The position numbers were made by a program, and so were the translations under genes. DNA of 64,000 nucleotides. Source: Patescibacteria group bacterium. Lineage in GTDB: Bacteria; Patescibacteriota; Patescibacteriia; Patescibacteriales; UBA12465. The stretch covers positions 326,945 to 390,944 of the forward strand of contig JBAZKQ010000001.1 in NCBI GenBank assembly GCA_041650715.1, in the 5' to 3' direction. Below the pieces are notes generated by a model. It ran no database searches, was not told the origin of the DNA, and saw only the letters and a program-made list of their open reading frames with translations. Shown piece by piece: positions 36,062 through 45,521 of the stretch (positions are counted from its first letter, which is position 1; each line of letters begins with the position of its first letter).

Positions 36062-36829
36062 TTATTTATTGAAATTTTCTTCTTTGCGGATTGTTTTTAT
36101 GGCTTCTTCAACCGTAGTCATAAACTGAGCCGGGAAAATAATGGTTGAATTTTTTTCGACGCTGATTTCGGCCATGGTTTGGAGGGTGCGTAATTGAAGA
36201 GCGACTGGGTGAGCCGAAATTAAATCAGCGGCCTGGCCTAATTTAGCAGCGGCCTGAAATTCGCCTTCTGCGGCCACAATTTTAGCACGTCTTTCTCTTT
36301 CCGCCTCCGCTTCTTTAGCCATCGCGCGCTGCATATTATCGGGTAGAAAAATATCTTTGATTTCTACGGCGGTAACTTGCGCGCCCCAAGGTTCAGTGTG
36401 AGTATCAATCACGTTTTTTATCTGTTCATTAATCTGGGCGGTTTGAGATAGTAATTGATCTAAATAAAATTGGCCGACGACATTGCGCACCGTAGTTTGG
36501 CTGATTTGGTTGACGGCCTGATAGATATTTTCTATGGCGATGACTGCCTTGGAAGCATCGACAATATGAAAATAGGCTACTGCGGCGATATCAATGGACA
36601 CATTGTCTTTGGTAATAATTTTTTGTGAAGGAATATCCATGGTAACCGTTCGCAAGACTACCCGAGACATTTTTTCAAATATCGGGATGAGAAAAATTAA
36701 GCCCGGTCCGCGCATGCCCGTGTATTTTCCGAGAAAGAAAATAACGCCGCGTTCATACTGCTTAATGACTTTTAGTGAAATTGCCAAAATGAATATGACA
36801 ATTAGCGCGATGAGGTAAAATGTGTTCAT
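36062..36829 (-). CDS. SPFH/band 7 (stomatin-like) protein
   Basis: N-terminal TM helix, the SPFH core and an Ala/Glu-rich coiled coil ([22 protein letters not shown]). Confidence 0.9.
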   Translation of the reverse strand: MNTFYLIALIVIFILAISLKVIKQYERGVIFFLGKYTGMRGPGLIFLIPIFEKMSRVVLRTVTMDIPSQKIITKDNVSIDIAAVAYFHIVDASKAVIAIENIYQAVNQISQTTVRNVVGQFYLDQLLSQTAQINEQIKNVIDTHTEPWGAQVTAVEIKDIFLPDNMQRAMAKEAEAERERRAKIVAAEGEFQAAAKLGQAADLISAHPVALQLRTLQTMAEISVEKNSTIIFPAQFMTTVEEAIKTIRKEENFNK

Positions 36830-36902
36830 ATAGTTATTATTAATTTATCTCAGCATTATAGCATAAATCGCAATATTTTCCAATTTAATGTATAATTCAA
36901 GC

Positions 36903-37964
36903 ATGAAAATCAAATACAATAGATTGACTCCCCTCTTGGTTTGCGCCCTAATTTTGGGCTTTGGGCCGGCGGCCGGGGCGAGTATTACCGATAGCCATTT
37001 AGGCTATATTTTATTACAGGTGGAAGCGAAGGGTGAGGCCTGGTATCTTTATCCGAAAAATGGCCAACGCTATTTTTTGGGTCGACCGGCCGACGCCTTT
37101 TCTATTATGAAAAAATTGGCTCTCGGCGCCAAACACGATTATATCGCCAATACGACAGTCTTTCCTGATAGTCTTAGCGGATTAATTCTTTTAGACGTGG
37201 AACAGAATGGCGAAGCCTATTATATTTATCCAAAAAATAAGCAAAAATATTATCTGGGCCGGCCGGCTGACGCCTTTCGAATTATGAGCGACTTGGGCTT
37301 AGGAATTTCAAGTAATGATTTAAATACTATTTTAAAAGCAGATATAAATAGTACCCCGGTCATATCAACGCCAGGTTCAGTTGGTAAAATACTACAAAGT
37401 GTCCCCTTTACTTCTCAGGCACCCTATGGAAATTGGCAGGATTTACGCCAAGAAGACGGTTGCGAGGAAGCAAGTTCCCTGATGGCGGTCAGATGGGCCT
37501 TGGGCAAAGGTTTAAGCAAAGATGAGGCACTCGCTGCCATTATCGCCTCCTCGGATTATACATTAAAAAAATATGGTGAATATCGTGACATATCGGCGGC
37601 AGACACCCTAAATTGGATAATCAAGGATTATTTTAATTATCAAAAAGCCGCCGTTTTAAATAATGTTAGTCAAGCTGATATCATTGCGGAATTAAATAAA
37701 GGTAATGTGATTATTGCACCTATGAACGGACAAGCGCTTGCTAATCCGTATTTTACGCCTCCCGGACCGATTACTCATATGCTGCTTATTCGCGGCTATG
37801 ATGCCGCGCGGAATGTCTTTATTACCAATGATCCAGGCACGCGTCACGGCGAGCTCTATGAATATGATGCGGATATTTTGTTTAAGGCTATTCGCGCCTA
37901 TCCGACCGGGAATCATGAGCCAATAACGAAAATCGAAAAAAACGTGATTGTTGTTTGGAAATAA
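36903..37964 (+). CDS. secreted protein with two ~50-aa N-terminal repeats and C39-like cysteine peptidase domain
   Basis: The unit LLQVEAKGEAWYLYPKNGQRYFLGRPADAF is duplicated. The C-terminal SVPFTSQAPYGNWQDLRQEDGCEEAS is Peptidase_C39_2-like. TATAAT at 36891-36896 places the transcript start at about the ATG at 36903. Confidence 0.7.
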   Translation: MKIKYNRLTPLLVCALILGFGPAAGASITDSHLGYILLQVEAKGEAWYLYPKNGQRYFLGRPADAFSIMKKLALGAKHDYIANTTVFPDSLSGLILLDVEQNGEAYYIYPKNKQKYYLGRPADAFRIMSDLGLGISSNDLNTILKADINSTPVISTPGSVGKILQSVPFTSQAPYGNWQDLRQEDGCEEASSLMAVRWALGKGLSKDEALAAIIASSDYTLKKYGEYRDISAADTLNWIIKDYFNYQKAAVLNNVSQADIIAELNKGNVIIAPMNGQALANPYFTPPGPITHMLLIRGYDAARNVFITNDPGTRHGELYEYDADILFKAIRAYPTGNHEPITKIEKNVIVVWK

Positions 37965-37983
37965 TTCAGTCTTTATAAAAGCA

Positions 37984-38016
37984 AAAAAAGAAAGCAGCTT
38001 TAGGGCTGCTTTTTCT
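37984..38016. terminator. bidirectional intrinsic terminator
   Basis: Stem aaagcagc / gctgcttt with A/T runs on both sides. Confidence 0.7.
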
Positions 38017-38035
38017 TGAGCTTGAATGAGATAAT

Positions 38036-38266
38036 TTAATTGATATCCATTTCAAGTTGAGGTTCTTCTTCAAGACTGAGTTTTGCCGGGTTAAATCCGG
38101 GGATAAAACTAATTCTTGATCTAATGATACCGAATGTTTTTCTTAAAAAACTGGGCGCTCTTACTTCTAATTCAGTGCCGCTTGCTTGATCGTCGTTATT
38201 TTCGACAATGCTCAGGTTTCTTTTCATAGCTCTCTTTTTAAATGTCTTGTCTTTAAAATATAGCAT
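38036..38266 (-). CDS. small hypothetical protein
   Basis: 76-aa ORF ending next to the bidirectional terminator. No recognisable family. Confidence 0.3.
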   Translation of the reverse strand: MLYFKDKTFKKRAMKRNLSIVENNDDQASGTELEVRAPSFLRKTFGIIRSRISFIPGFNPAKLSLEEEPQLEMDIN

Positions 38267-38393
38267 TAATATTATATTCTTCCTAATATTTATTAAATCG
38301 CAAAATATGTTAACTAAGAACTTGCTTTAATAATTAAACTAACAAAAAAAGCCGCGGGTTAGCAGCTTATTTTACAAGCAATGAAATTGAAAT

Positions 38394-38516
38394 TTAACGA
38401 TGACTACGCTTCTTGGCGAGTGCCTCAAGCATCGCTTTCTTAATCGCTAAACGCTTTTTTGTTTTTGGAGAGTGGGATGGTTTTTTCTTACCAACGCCGG
38501 TTGATCTTTTTGCCAT
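38394..38516 (-). CDS. 40-aa highly basic small protein (not in ORF track)
   Basis: My translation of the minus strand gives MAKRSTGVGKKKPSHSPKTKKRLAIKKAMLEALAKKRSHR. It is followed on the minus strand by the hairpin aagcugc/gcggcuu plus a U-run (plus coordinates 38344-38368). Confidence 0.4.
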   Translation of the reverse strand: MAKRSTGVGKKKPSHSPKTKKRLAIKKAMLEALAKKRSHR

Positions 38517-38582
38517 ATTAATTATTCGCTATTAATAAAGAATTAACAAAGGGATTATAACACAATTCTAATTAATTACAAG

Positions 38583-39014
38583 CTATTTCTTTCCTAAGTC
38601 ATCAAGACGCTTAATAATCTCGGCCAGTTTCTCGTTTTCGATGCGGGCAATTGATTTTTGCAGATCCTCAATTTCCTTTTTTGCTTTAACATTAGTCTGA
38701 AAATCCTCTGCGGCGTGAATACGGTCGCGCTCGTTCTGGCGGTTTTGCGACATCATAATTATCGGAGCGGCATAGGCGGCTTGGGTCGAAAAGAGCAGAT
38801 TTAGGAGAATAAAGGGGTAGACATCCCAATGATGGAACCAACCAATAAGGTTGAGACTTATCCAAAGGAGGACAAAAATCGATTGGACGATGATAAATAG
38901 CCATGAACCCATGCCATTGGCGACAAAGTCGGCTACTTTTTGGCCGATACTTAAATTTTCTTGGTGCCTTTGGTGCCAATTTTTTAAATTTTCTTGATTT
39001 ACGTCGGTTGTCAT
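38583..39014 (-). CDS. DUF1003 membrane protein
   Basis: Two TM helices followed by STQAAYAAPIIMMSQNRQNERDR, the hallmark of DUF1003. Confidence 0.8.
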   Translation of the reverse strand: MTTDVNQENLKNWHQRHQENLSIGQKVADFVANGMGSWLFIIVQSIFVLLWISLNLIGWFHHWDVYPFILLNLLFSTQAAYAAPIIMMSQNRQNERDRIHAAEDFQTNVKAKKEIEDLQKSIARIENEKLAEIIKRLDDLGKK

Positions 39015-39027
39015 ATTTTTTAAATAT

Positions 39028-39678
39028 TTATTTTTTTATACCTTTGACTTCTTTAATAATGAAGTCAACGCCGTCGCATAATACTTTTACGTAGCCGGCG
39101 TTTAAGAGAGCATCTCCCGGCAGTTCGCCATATTTATAATAACCGGTATGCATTAAAAATTGACGAATTGGACCGCCATGGCTCGTTACGAGAACCGTTT
39201 GGCCCGGATAAGCGACTGCAATTTCTCTTAATTTAGTGATGAAGCGGCTGACGAGCTCGTCGTCGCTTTCGATATCGGAGGCGAGTTTATTCTTTTTTTG
39301 TTCTTCGACTGAAAGATCGGCAATTCTTTCATTCATCTTTAAAAAAGCGGTCTTAAATTCCGAGCTTGGCTTGCCTTCAAACTTGCCGAAATTTCTCTCC
39401 CGGAGTTCTCGTGTCGTTTCTATGGCCAGTTCCCTTTCCAGGCGAATTATTTCCGCCGTTTTTTCGGCTCGGCTTGAATCCGAGGAAAATATAGCGGCGA
39501 AAGGGACGTGTTTTAGTTCTTTGGCGGTTGCTTCGACTTGTCTGATTCCTTGCTGAGTTAGGGGCGAATCTTTAATTCCTTGGACGATATGAGCCGCATT
39601 CCATTCCGTTTCGCCGTGACGAACTAAATATAGAGTACAAAAATTTTTATCAATCGATTCTTTGTTTTTTGTTTTCAT
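39028..39678 (-). CDS. histidine phosphatase family protein (phosphoglycerate mutase-like)
   Basis: LYLVRHGETEWN catalytic motif. The ATG at 39678 is preferred over the GTG at 39693. Confidence 0.85.
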   Translation of the reverse strand: MKTKNKESIDKNFCTLYLVRHGETEWNAAHIVQGIKDSPLTQQGIRQVEATAKELKHVPFAAIFSSDSSRAEKTAEIIRLERELAIETTRELRERNFGKFEGKPSSEFKTAFLKMNERIADLSVEEQKKNKLASDIESDDELVSRFITKLREIAVAYPGQTVLVTSHGGPIRQFLMHTGYYKYGELPGDALLNAGYVKVLCDGVDFIIKEVKGIKK

Positions 39679-39717
39679 AATAATCAAATTCACTTGCTAA
39701 TTTAGGGGCGCTTATAG

Positions 39718-40197
39718 TTACCATTTATAATTTTGGTCGTCATGTTGTGATATTTCATCAGTAGTCAGATAGCGGTGGTTAACGCGAGCGTGCTTGGCAT
39801 CATTATCGCAAACTACACGAAGTGCAAATAATTCTTTGCCCAAGCCTTTTTTGATGGTTAATTTATCTACTGCATTTTCTTCGGCAATGACCCCTTTTTT
39901 AGAAAAAATATAGATAAAAGGATAGACGATTAGGTATTTAAACCAACCTTTTTCTTGATAGCGGCTGAGATGGGATAATTCATGGCCGAGCAGTCCGCGC
40001 AAGGCGTCGTCCTCAAGCGTATCGGTGCGCGGGCTTAATAATATAACATGAAATGGAATAAGCCAAATTGCCGAAGCCCAGAAATAACGAAAGTGATAGC
40101 GAAATAAATAAATCTTCATGTTTTTTAATTCCGGATAATGAAGATCAATTAGGTTTTGCATTGTGGCGCGGTAGCGTCTGGCAGCAGCTTCAATCAT
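39718..40197 (-). CDS. putative zinc metallopeptidase (HExxH)
   Basis: LLGHELSHLSRY motif. Otherwise unassigned, and the start is uncertain. Confidence 0.4.
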   Translation of the reverse strand: MIEAAARRYRATMQNLIDLHYPELKNMKIYLFRYHFRYFWASAIWLIPFHVILLSPRTDTLEDDALRGLLGHELSHLSRYQEKGWFKYLIVYPFIYIFSKKGVIAEENAVDKLTIKKGLGKELFALRVVCDNDAKHARVNHRYLTTDEISQHDDQNYKW

Positions 40198-40603
40198 ATT
40201 CTTTTTTTTGCATGTAAATAATTATGCCGAGATTAATGAGCGTAAACGCGACCAAAGAAAGAAAAGGCAGGGAGATAAATCCGAGAGGCAAGGGTCCACT
40301 GCTAACGCAGGGCGTTTCCAAGGAGCAAGTCGTAATTTTTTCCGGGATAACTCCGTTTTGCAGTAAATTGTGGTAAAGGGCGAAAGCAAATCCGGTTAAG
40401 GAAAACGGAAGAATTAAATAGGGTAAATCTTTAATTTTCCGCCAAATGACTACCCCAACAATGATAACGAGCGGATACATTAAGATTCGCTGGTACCAGC
40501 ATAGGACGCAGGGCGTTAAGCCCATAAATAAACTGGCGTATAGGCTGCCCGCGGTAGCTAAAATTGCCTGGAGCCAGATAAGATACAAAATTAACTTATT
40601 CAT
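40190..40603 (-). CDS. disulfide bond formation protein (DsbB/BdbC family)
   Basis: 4 TM helices, with CVLCWYQR in the first periplasmic loop and a second Cys pair (CSLETPC). Confidence 0.85.
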   Translation of the reverse strand: MNKLILYLIWLQAILATAGSLYASLFMGLTPCVLCWYQRILMYPLVIIVGVVIWRKIKDLPYLILPFSLTGFAFALYHNLLQNGVIPEKITTCSLETPCVSSGPLPLGFISLPFLSLVAFTLINLGIIIYMQKKEYD

Positions 40604-41571
40604 AAATTAAAAATTGGCACCTTAGTTCCCTTCATATTATAAATACGCTGCTCTTCCAAATATTTTTTAAAGCTCGGTATGGCCTCACTTAATTTAATAG
40701 TGCCCTGCTTACTAATAAACTCGGGATCAGTATGCCTAAATTTTTTGCTTACACATTCGGTCTTTCCGGATTTCGGTATTTTTTTCTTTTCCAGAATTTT
40801 TAGGGCTGATAAAATGTGTGGATTTTTCGTTTTAAGGAGTTTTTTAATTACATAATCGTCATTCTGCAAAAAATCACGAAGATTAAGAGTGCCTTCGGCG
40901 ATAGCCAGCTTTAATAAATTAGAAAAAATTTTATAGCGCGACACCGCCTCAAAGCCACCCCAATGCTGTTTCTGCAAGGTTAGAAAATTTAGAGCGAAGG
41001 CATGAGCCGATTTTTTATCTTTAAAAACTATTTTATTATTTACCTTCGTTAGAGATTTAATTAATGGTTTTGCTTTTTTTACGGCTAATTCTCGTAAAGA
41101 GTAGTCAATCCGGTCGGCACAAATTTCCGGTATATCGCTTTCCAGTAATTTAAAGCGGTGGTGGTCGGCGATGGCTTGCGGCAAATAACCATATTTTTTT
41201 AATATCCCTCCGATTTCTTTAGAATTTATCGAATTTTCTGTTTGCTTATCTTGGTAATTCTCATCCCCGGCTTCGCCGATTATCCAATCATAAACATGTG
41301 AAAACGCAGTATGGGAAATATCATGCAGGAGGCCAGCCACTTGTTCCTCAACTGAGGCCCCGAGAATTCTTAGGAGCATCATAACCCCGACGGAATGCTC
41401 ATAGCGATTGAAATTCTTTTGGTGGTAGTATTTATCGGGTACGCCGAATTGATTGATTTTTTTCAGGCGTAGAACAGCCTTAGTTTTCAAAAGAGCGATG
41501 AGCACCGGTTCGGTAATCACTTGAGTGCCATACAGTCTATCTTTAATAATAAGCTTTTTTGAAATTGACAT
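40600..41571 (-). CDS. HD-domain phosphohydrolase (COG1078/SAMHD1-like family)
   Basis: LRLKKINQFG ... YEHSVGV ... GLLHDISHTAFSH motifs. Confidence 0.8.
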   Translation of the reverse strand: MSISKKLIIKDRLYGTQVITEPVLIALLKTKAVLRLKKINQFGVPDKYYHQKNFNRYEHSVGVMMLLRILGASVEEQVAGLLHDISHTAFSHVYDWIIGEAGDENYQDKQTENSINSKEIGGILKKYGYLPQAIADHHRFKLLESDIPEICADRIDYSLRELAVKKAKPLIKSLTKVNNKIVFKDKKSAHAFALNFLTLQKQHWGGFEAVSRYKIFSNLLKLAIAEGTLNLRDFLQNDDYVIKKLLKTKNPHILSALKILEKKKIPKSGKTECVSKKFRHTDPEFISKQGTIKLSEAIPSFKKYLEEQRIYNMKGTKVPIFNL

Positions 41572-41576
41572 ATAAG

Positions 41577-42842
41577 TTAAGACAATTTTTCCTTTTTAAA
41601 AGCGGCAATAATTTTTTCTACCTCATTTTTGGAATTATGCTCGGCCGCCATATTTATAATACTGTTTTCTAAATCAATTTTATATGTTTCAACTTTATTT
41701 CTGGCTGATTCAATGCCAAACCTTTGCGGGCCGGTCGGACCAAATAATTGGCTCAACATAACAGTTAGAGAATCCTTGGATTTTATGCCCGGCGTCCAGG
41801 CAAGCCGGTCGTCTAATGACACGCTCGAATCAAAGAATGGGGCCCCCAGAGCCTTGTTAAAGGCAAGAGTACGATTAACTGAATCCGGATGAAACCAGCC
41901 CATTTGGTCGGATGACTGCACCAATTTTCCAATAATTGATTGCGGTGATTTCAAGGCGGGGGTTAGTTCAGCGCTTTGGAAATCGTGGCATAGAATTGCC
42001 TCTTCAACATAGGGGATTAATATATCAAGACTCTGCGTCTCACAAAATTTAGCGGCACGCTGAGCACTGAGAATATGATGGTGATTCTGCTCGGCTGCAA
42101 GTACCTCGCCCGCCTCGTTAAAACGGCCGCAATCGTGGAATACGGCGGCGAGCTCAAAGGCCAGAGTCGCAAATTTTTCGGAATCAATCGGGTAAATATT
42201 TTTGCCTTCTTGGGCTAATTGTTCCCTTTCGGCCGTATTTAGATTGGCAATTAATTTTAAAGCAGCTTCCCTTACCTGATTGCCATGTTTAAAACCGTGG
42301 TGGCTATCAGTTAGGAAAACCTGAAGCCAGACAGCGTCATTAAAACTTTTTTTTAGTAATGCAAAAAATTCATTTTCGTCGTTTTCTATAGCCGTCAGAA
42401 CGAATTCACAGTTTTGAATGTATTTGTCATTATTTTCCGAGGAATCAGGTACAAAATAATCTTTTAAAACATTTTGTGTGATTAGGGTAAAATTTTTATT
42501 TAGGTAATCATTATTAGCGCTCACTAAAATATAACCGCTTCCTTCGTTTACGATAATTTTATCTGTCTTAATATTTTTGGCTAAATATACGTAACATTCA
42601 CAATCCTCGCCATGGGTAGCTAAGATTTTTTTGTATAAACCAAAAAATTGATAGTTATCTATATCAATACTGATTTCTTCTTTAATTTCTCTTTTTAGGG
42701 CGTCTTCGATATTTTCATTATCCTCAACCTGGCCCCCGAATAGAGCAACTCTCTCCGGATTAATAATAGCATTAATATCGCGTTGCTGAAGAATTACTTC
42801 ATTTAAGTTTGTGATAAGAAGCGCCCCGACCCATTTTTTCAT
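41577..42842 (-). CDS. Nudix hydrolase fused to HD-domain protein
   Basis: Nudix box GGQVEDNENIEDALKREIKEEISI in the N-terminal third. The HD motif HG..HG ... FHDCGR follows later. Confidence 0.75.
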   Translation of the reverse strand: MKKWVGALLITNLNEVILQQRDINAIINPERVALFGGQVEDNENIEDALKREIKEEISIDIDNYQFFGLYKKILATHGEDCECYVYLAKNIKTDKIIVNEGSGYILVSANNDYLNKNFTLITQNVLKDYFVPDSSENNDKYIQNCEFVLTAIENDENEFFALLKKSFNDAVWLQVFLTDSHHGFKHGNQVREAALKLIANLNTAEREQLAQEGKNIYPIDSEKFATLAFELAAVFHDCGRFNEAGEVLAAEQNHHHILSAQRAAKFCETQSLDILIPYVEEAILCHDFQSAELTPALKSPQSIIGKLVQSSDQMGWFHPDSVNRTLAFNKALGAPFFDSSVSLDDRLAWTPGIKSKDSLTVMLSQLFGPTGPQRFGIESARNKVETYKIDLENSIINMAAEHNSKNEVEKIIAAFKKEKLS

Positions 42843-42922
42843 ATTTTATTTTTATTGGGTTTATCTTTGATTTTATCTAATGTAATTATAGCATATTTTA
42901 GCCGATTTATGCTTAAACGAGC

Positions 42923-42950
42923 AAAAAGGGGCCCAATGGACCCCTTTTTA
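42923..42950 (-). terminator. intrinsic terminator
   Basis: Stem aaagggg.. / ..ccccttt with a U-run on the minus strand, downstream of the Trx-TrxR gene. Confidence 0.6.
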
Positions 42951-42973
42951 ATTTGATTGGCGAAATTATTGTA

Positions 42974-44254
42974 TTATTTATTTATCTGTAGATACTTAAA
43001 TATGCTCTCGGCCGCAATTGCCCCCTCCGAGCAGGCGGTAATAATTTGCCGGAATGAATTGGAGCCAGTGGTAATGTCTCCGGCCGCCCAGACGCCCTCG
43101 CGATTCGTCGCCTGGCTTTCTTGAGTTACTATATAATGACTTTTATCAGTTTCAAGAGATAGTTGATTAATTATACTCAATTCTGGCTCTGAGCCAATTT
43201 CCACAAACACACCATCAAGCGATAACTGATTACTACCTGCAAATGTTTGATCTAATTTAAGACCGCTGACGCTGTCAGTACCTAAGAGTTCGGTAACATT
43301 AGTATTATAAATAATATTTATTTTGGGGTTGGCTTTAACTTGCTCGATCCAGGCAGTTTCGCCGCGCAAAGCGGAGCCGCGGTAGATTTGGTATACTTTT
43401 TCGGCAAACTGCGCCAGATGCAAGGCGGCCGTATTGGCGCTATCGCTACCGCCGATGACAGCGACTGTTTTATTTTTGAAAAACATAGCATCGCAAGTCG
43501 CACAGTATGAAACGCCTCGGCCGGTCAGGGCCTTTTCGTTTGCTATTCCTAAATGCCGATGTTTTGTACCGGTTGCCAGTAAAATAGTTTTGGCCCGAAT
43601 AATATCCTTATTTGTTAAGCTGATATTATATAGACCATTAGCCTGTTCGATTGACTCGACACGAGCCGCAATTTGAGGCACGGCTTGCGAATTTACTTGG
43701 TCTTGCATTTTTTGGCTCAAAGCCATTCCCGAAATTTCAATTTCCGAGGGATAATTACATATTTTATGAGAAGCTGTCATTAAGCCGCCGGGTAAATCTC
43801 CGACCAAGACCTGTTTAATTTTATAACGAGCGGCATAAACGGCCGCAGTTAGGCCGGCGGGACCATTGCCAATAATACAAAGATCGACAATTTCTGTTTT
43901 TTGCTCTGTGCTTGAAAGCTCGGAACTAATTTCGGCGCCGAGAGATATAAGCATGGCGCTTAATTCCTTTTCACTGATATCGCCCGATAAGCGCTCAGAA
44001 GATAATTCTCCCGACTTAAAAAATAAAACGGTGGGCGAGCCGCTGACGCCAAGCGAACTTGCTAAGTCGCGATGTTCCTGACGAAATATTTTAATAAATT
44101 TTACCGTTGGAAACTTAAGGGCCATTTTTTCATAAATCGGCACCAGTTTTTCGCAAGGCGGGCAATCATCGGAAAAAAAATCAACAACCAAAATGGTCGA
44201 AGCATTTTTTAAAGATTCAAATTCGCTGTCAGATTTAAGATAAGTAATTTCCAT
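42974..44254 (-). CDS. thioredoxin-thioredoxin reductase fusion protein
   Basis: N-terminal Trx fold with CPPC. Then FAD motif IIGNGPAGLTAA, redox-active CATC, and a second dinucleotide motif VIGGSDSA. Confidence 0.88.
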   Translation of the reverse strand: MEITYLKSDSEFESLKNASTILVVDFFSDDCPPCEKLVPIYEKMALKFPTVKFIKIFRQEHRDLASSLGVSGSPTVLFFKSGELSSERLSGDISEKELSAMLISLGAEISSELSSTEQKTEIVDLCIIGNGPAGLTAAVYAARYKIKQVLVGDLPGGLMTASHKICNYPSEIEISGMALSQKMQDQVNSQAVPQIAARVESIEQANGLYNISLTNKDIIRAKTILLATGTKHRHLGIANEKALTGRGVSYCATCDAMFFKNKTVAVIGGSDSANTAALHLAQFAEKVYQIYRGSALRGETAWIEQVKANPKINIIYNTNVTELLGTDSVSGLKLDQTFAGSNQLSLDGVFVEIGSEPELSIINQLSLETDKSHYIVTQESQATNREGVWAAGDITTGSNSFRQIITACSEGAIAAESIFKYLQINK

Positions 44255-44302
44255 ATATTATTTGTCCAGATTTAAGCGAAATATATCCGCCTCGCTGAGT
44301 GA

Positions 44303-44566
44303 TTATTTTAGATAAATATTTAATTGATTTAGATTCTTGACCAAAGTAGGTTCATTTAATCGATAAATAACTTTTAAACCCTTTTTATCGGAGTTAATCA
44401 ACCCGGCTTCACGCAAAACTTTAAGATGGTGTGAAACCAAATTTTGCGGCAATTCCATTTTTTCCCAGAGCTCGCCCACGCAGCATTCTCTTTTTAGATA
44501 ATGCAAAATTTTGAGCCTGGTCGGATCGGAAATCGTTTTCGTGAAAACCAATAAATCCTCTATCAT
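44303..44566 (-). CDS. ArsR/SmtB family transcriptional regulator
   Basis: 87 aa. ISDPTRLKILHYL...CCVGEL...LVSHHLKVLREAGLI. Confidence 0.9.
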   Translation of the reverse strand: MIEDLLVFTKTISDPTRLKILHYLKRECCVGELWEKMELPQNLVSHHLKVLREAGLINSDKKGLKVIYRLNEPTLVKNLNQLNIYLK

Positions 44567-44653
44567 ATAAGGGATATAATTAATAGTATATCAATTTATA
44601 TTGATATACTAATGTATATTTGATAATTAGTCAAGCCTTATCGTTTAGGCCCT

Positions 44654-45055
44654 TTATTTAGCGATTTGCGCCTTATGCTCCGCCATCACGCAGACACCGG
44701 AGACAAAATTAAGATTATTCGCTTGGCAAAGCTTGATGGCCTCATCCGATTCTGAGCCCGGTTGAAACCAAATATTATTTAAGCCTAATTTTACACATTG
44801 TTTAATTATTTCGAGCGCAATTTTTGGCGGGACGACAATATCAACCAAGTCCGGCTTAATCGGCAGTTCCGCTAAGGAGGGATAACATTTTATTCCTGAA
44901 ATATTTTCTTCCCTGGGGTTTATTGGATAAACCGTATAGCCTGACTCGAGCAGATAATTAAAAACCTGATTGCCATACTTGGCCGTGTCGCGGGAAACGC
45001 CGATCACAGCGAAAATATTGTTTTTATTTAAAAATTGATTAATTAATATTTCCAT
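44654..45055 (-). CDS. CoA-binding domain protein (YccU-like)
   Basis: 133 aa. IFAVIGVSRDTAKYGNQV... Rossmann-like CoA_binding_2 pattern. Confidence 0.8.
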   Translation of the reverse strand: MEILINQFLNKNNIFAVIGVSRDTAKYGNQVFNYLLESGYTVYPINPREENISGIKCYPSLAELPIKPDLVDIVVPPKIALEIIKQCVKLGLNNIWFQPGSESDEAIKLCQANNLNFVSGVCVMAEHKAQIAK

Positions 45056-45059
45056 AGTT

Positions 45060-45521
45060 TTAGCGGTGCAGGCCGGGGCAATTAGTTCCCCCGTAAAAGC
45101 GATTCATGCAGCCTTGATGTGAAAAATATGTATTTAATCCGGCCGCATCAACTAAATAGCCGGCGATGACAATAGCGGCTACGAAAACGATTATTAATAT
45201 TTTAAAATTGAATTTATAAGAAAAATCATATTTTCTAATCAGCCAAAGTCCGACCAGTAGGCCGAGGACGCCGAGAATGAGCGCCCACCAAGGAAAGGCA
45301 GCCACTAATTGGTCCCAGCGATATTCCCCCATCGGGCCATGAGAGCGCAAGGAAAATCTGATTAACGCAAAAAGAAAAATTGAAGTCAGGGCTGAAGCCA
45401 CGAGTCCGGCTAAAACTAAAATCGAACCAAGCACAAAATATAGCTTCGGTTTCATTTTTACTTCCCCATGGCGGATTTCACCCATGATGCTGGCGCTAAT
45501 GTCTTTTATATCTTTTGGCAT
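45060..45521 (-). CDS. membrane protein, possible anti-sigma factor
   Basis: 4 TM helices. Overlaps the upstream ECF sigma gene by 16 nt. Confidence 0.4.
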   Translation of the reverse strand: MPKDIKDISASIMGEIRHGEVKMKPKLYFVLGSILVLAGLVASALTSIFLFALIRFSLRSHGPMGEYRWDQLVAAFPWWALILGVLGLLVGLWLIRKYDFSYKFNFKILIIVFVAAIVIAGYLVDAAGLNTYFSHQGCMNRFYGGTNCPGLHR

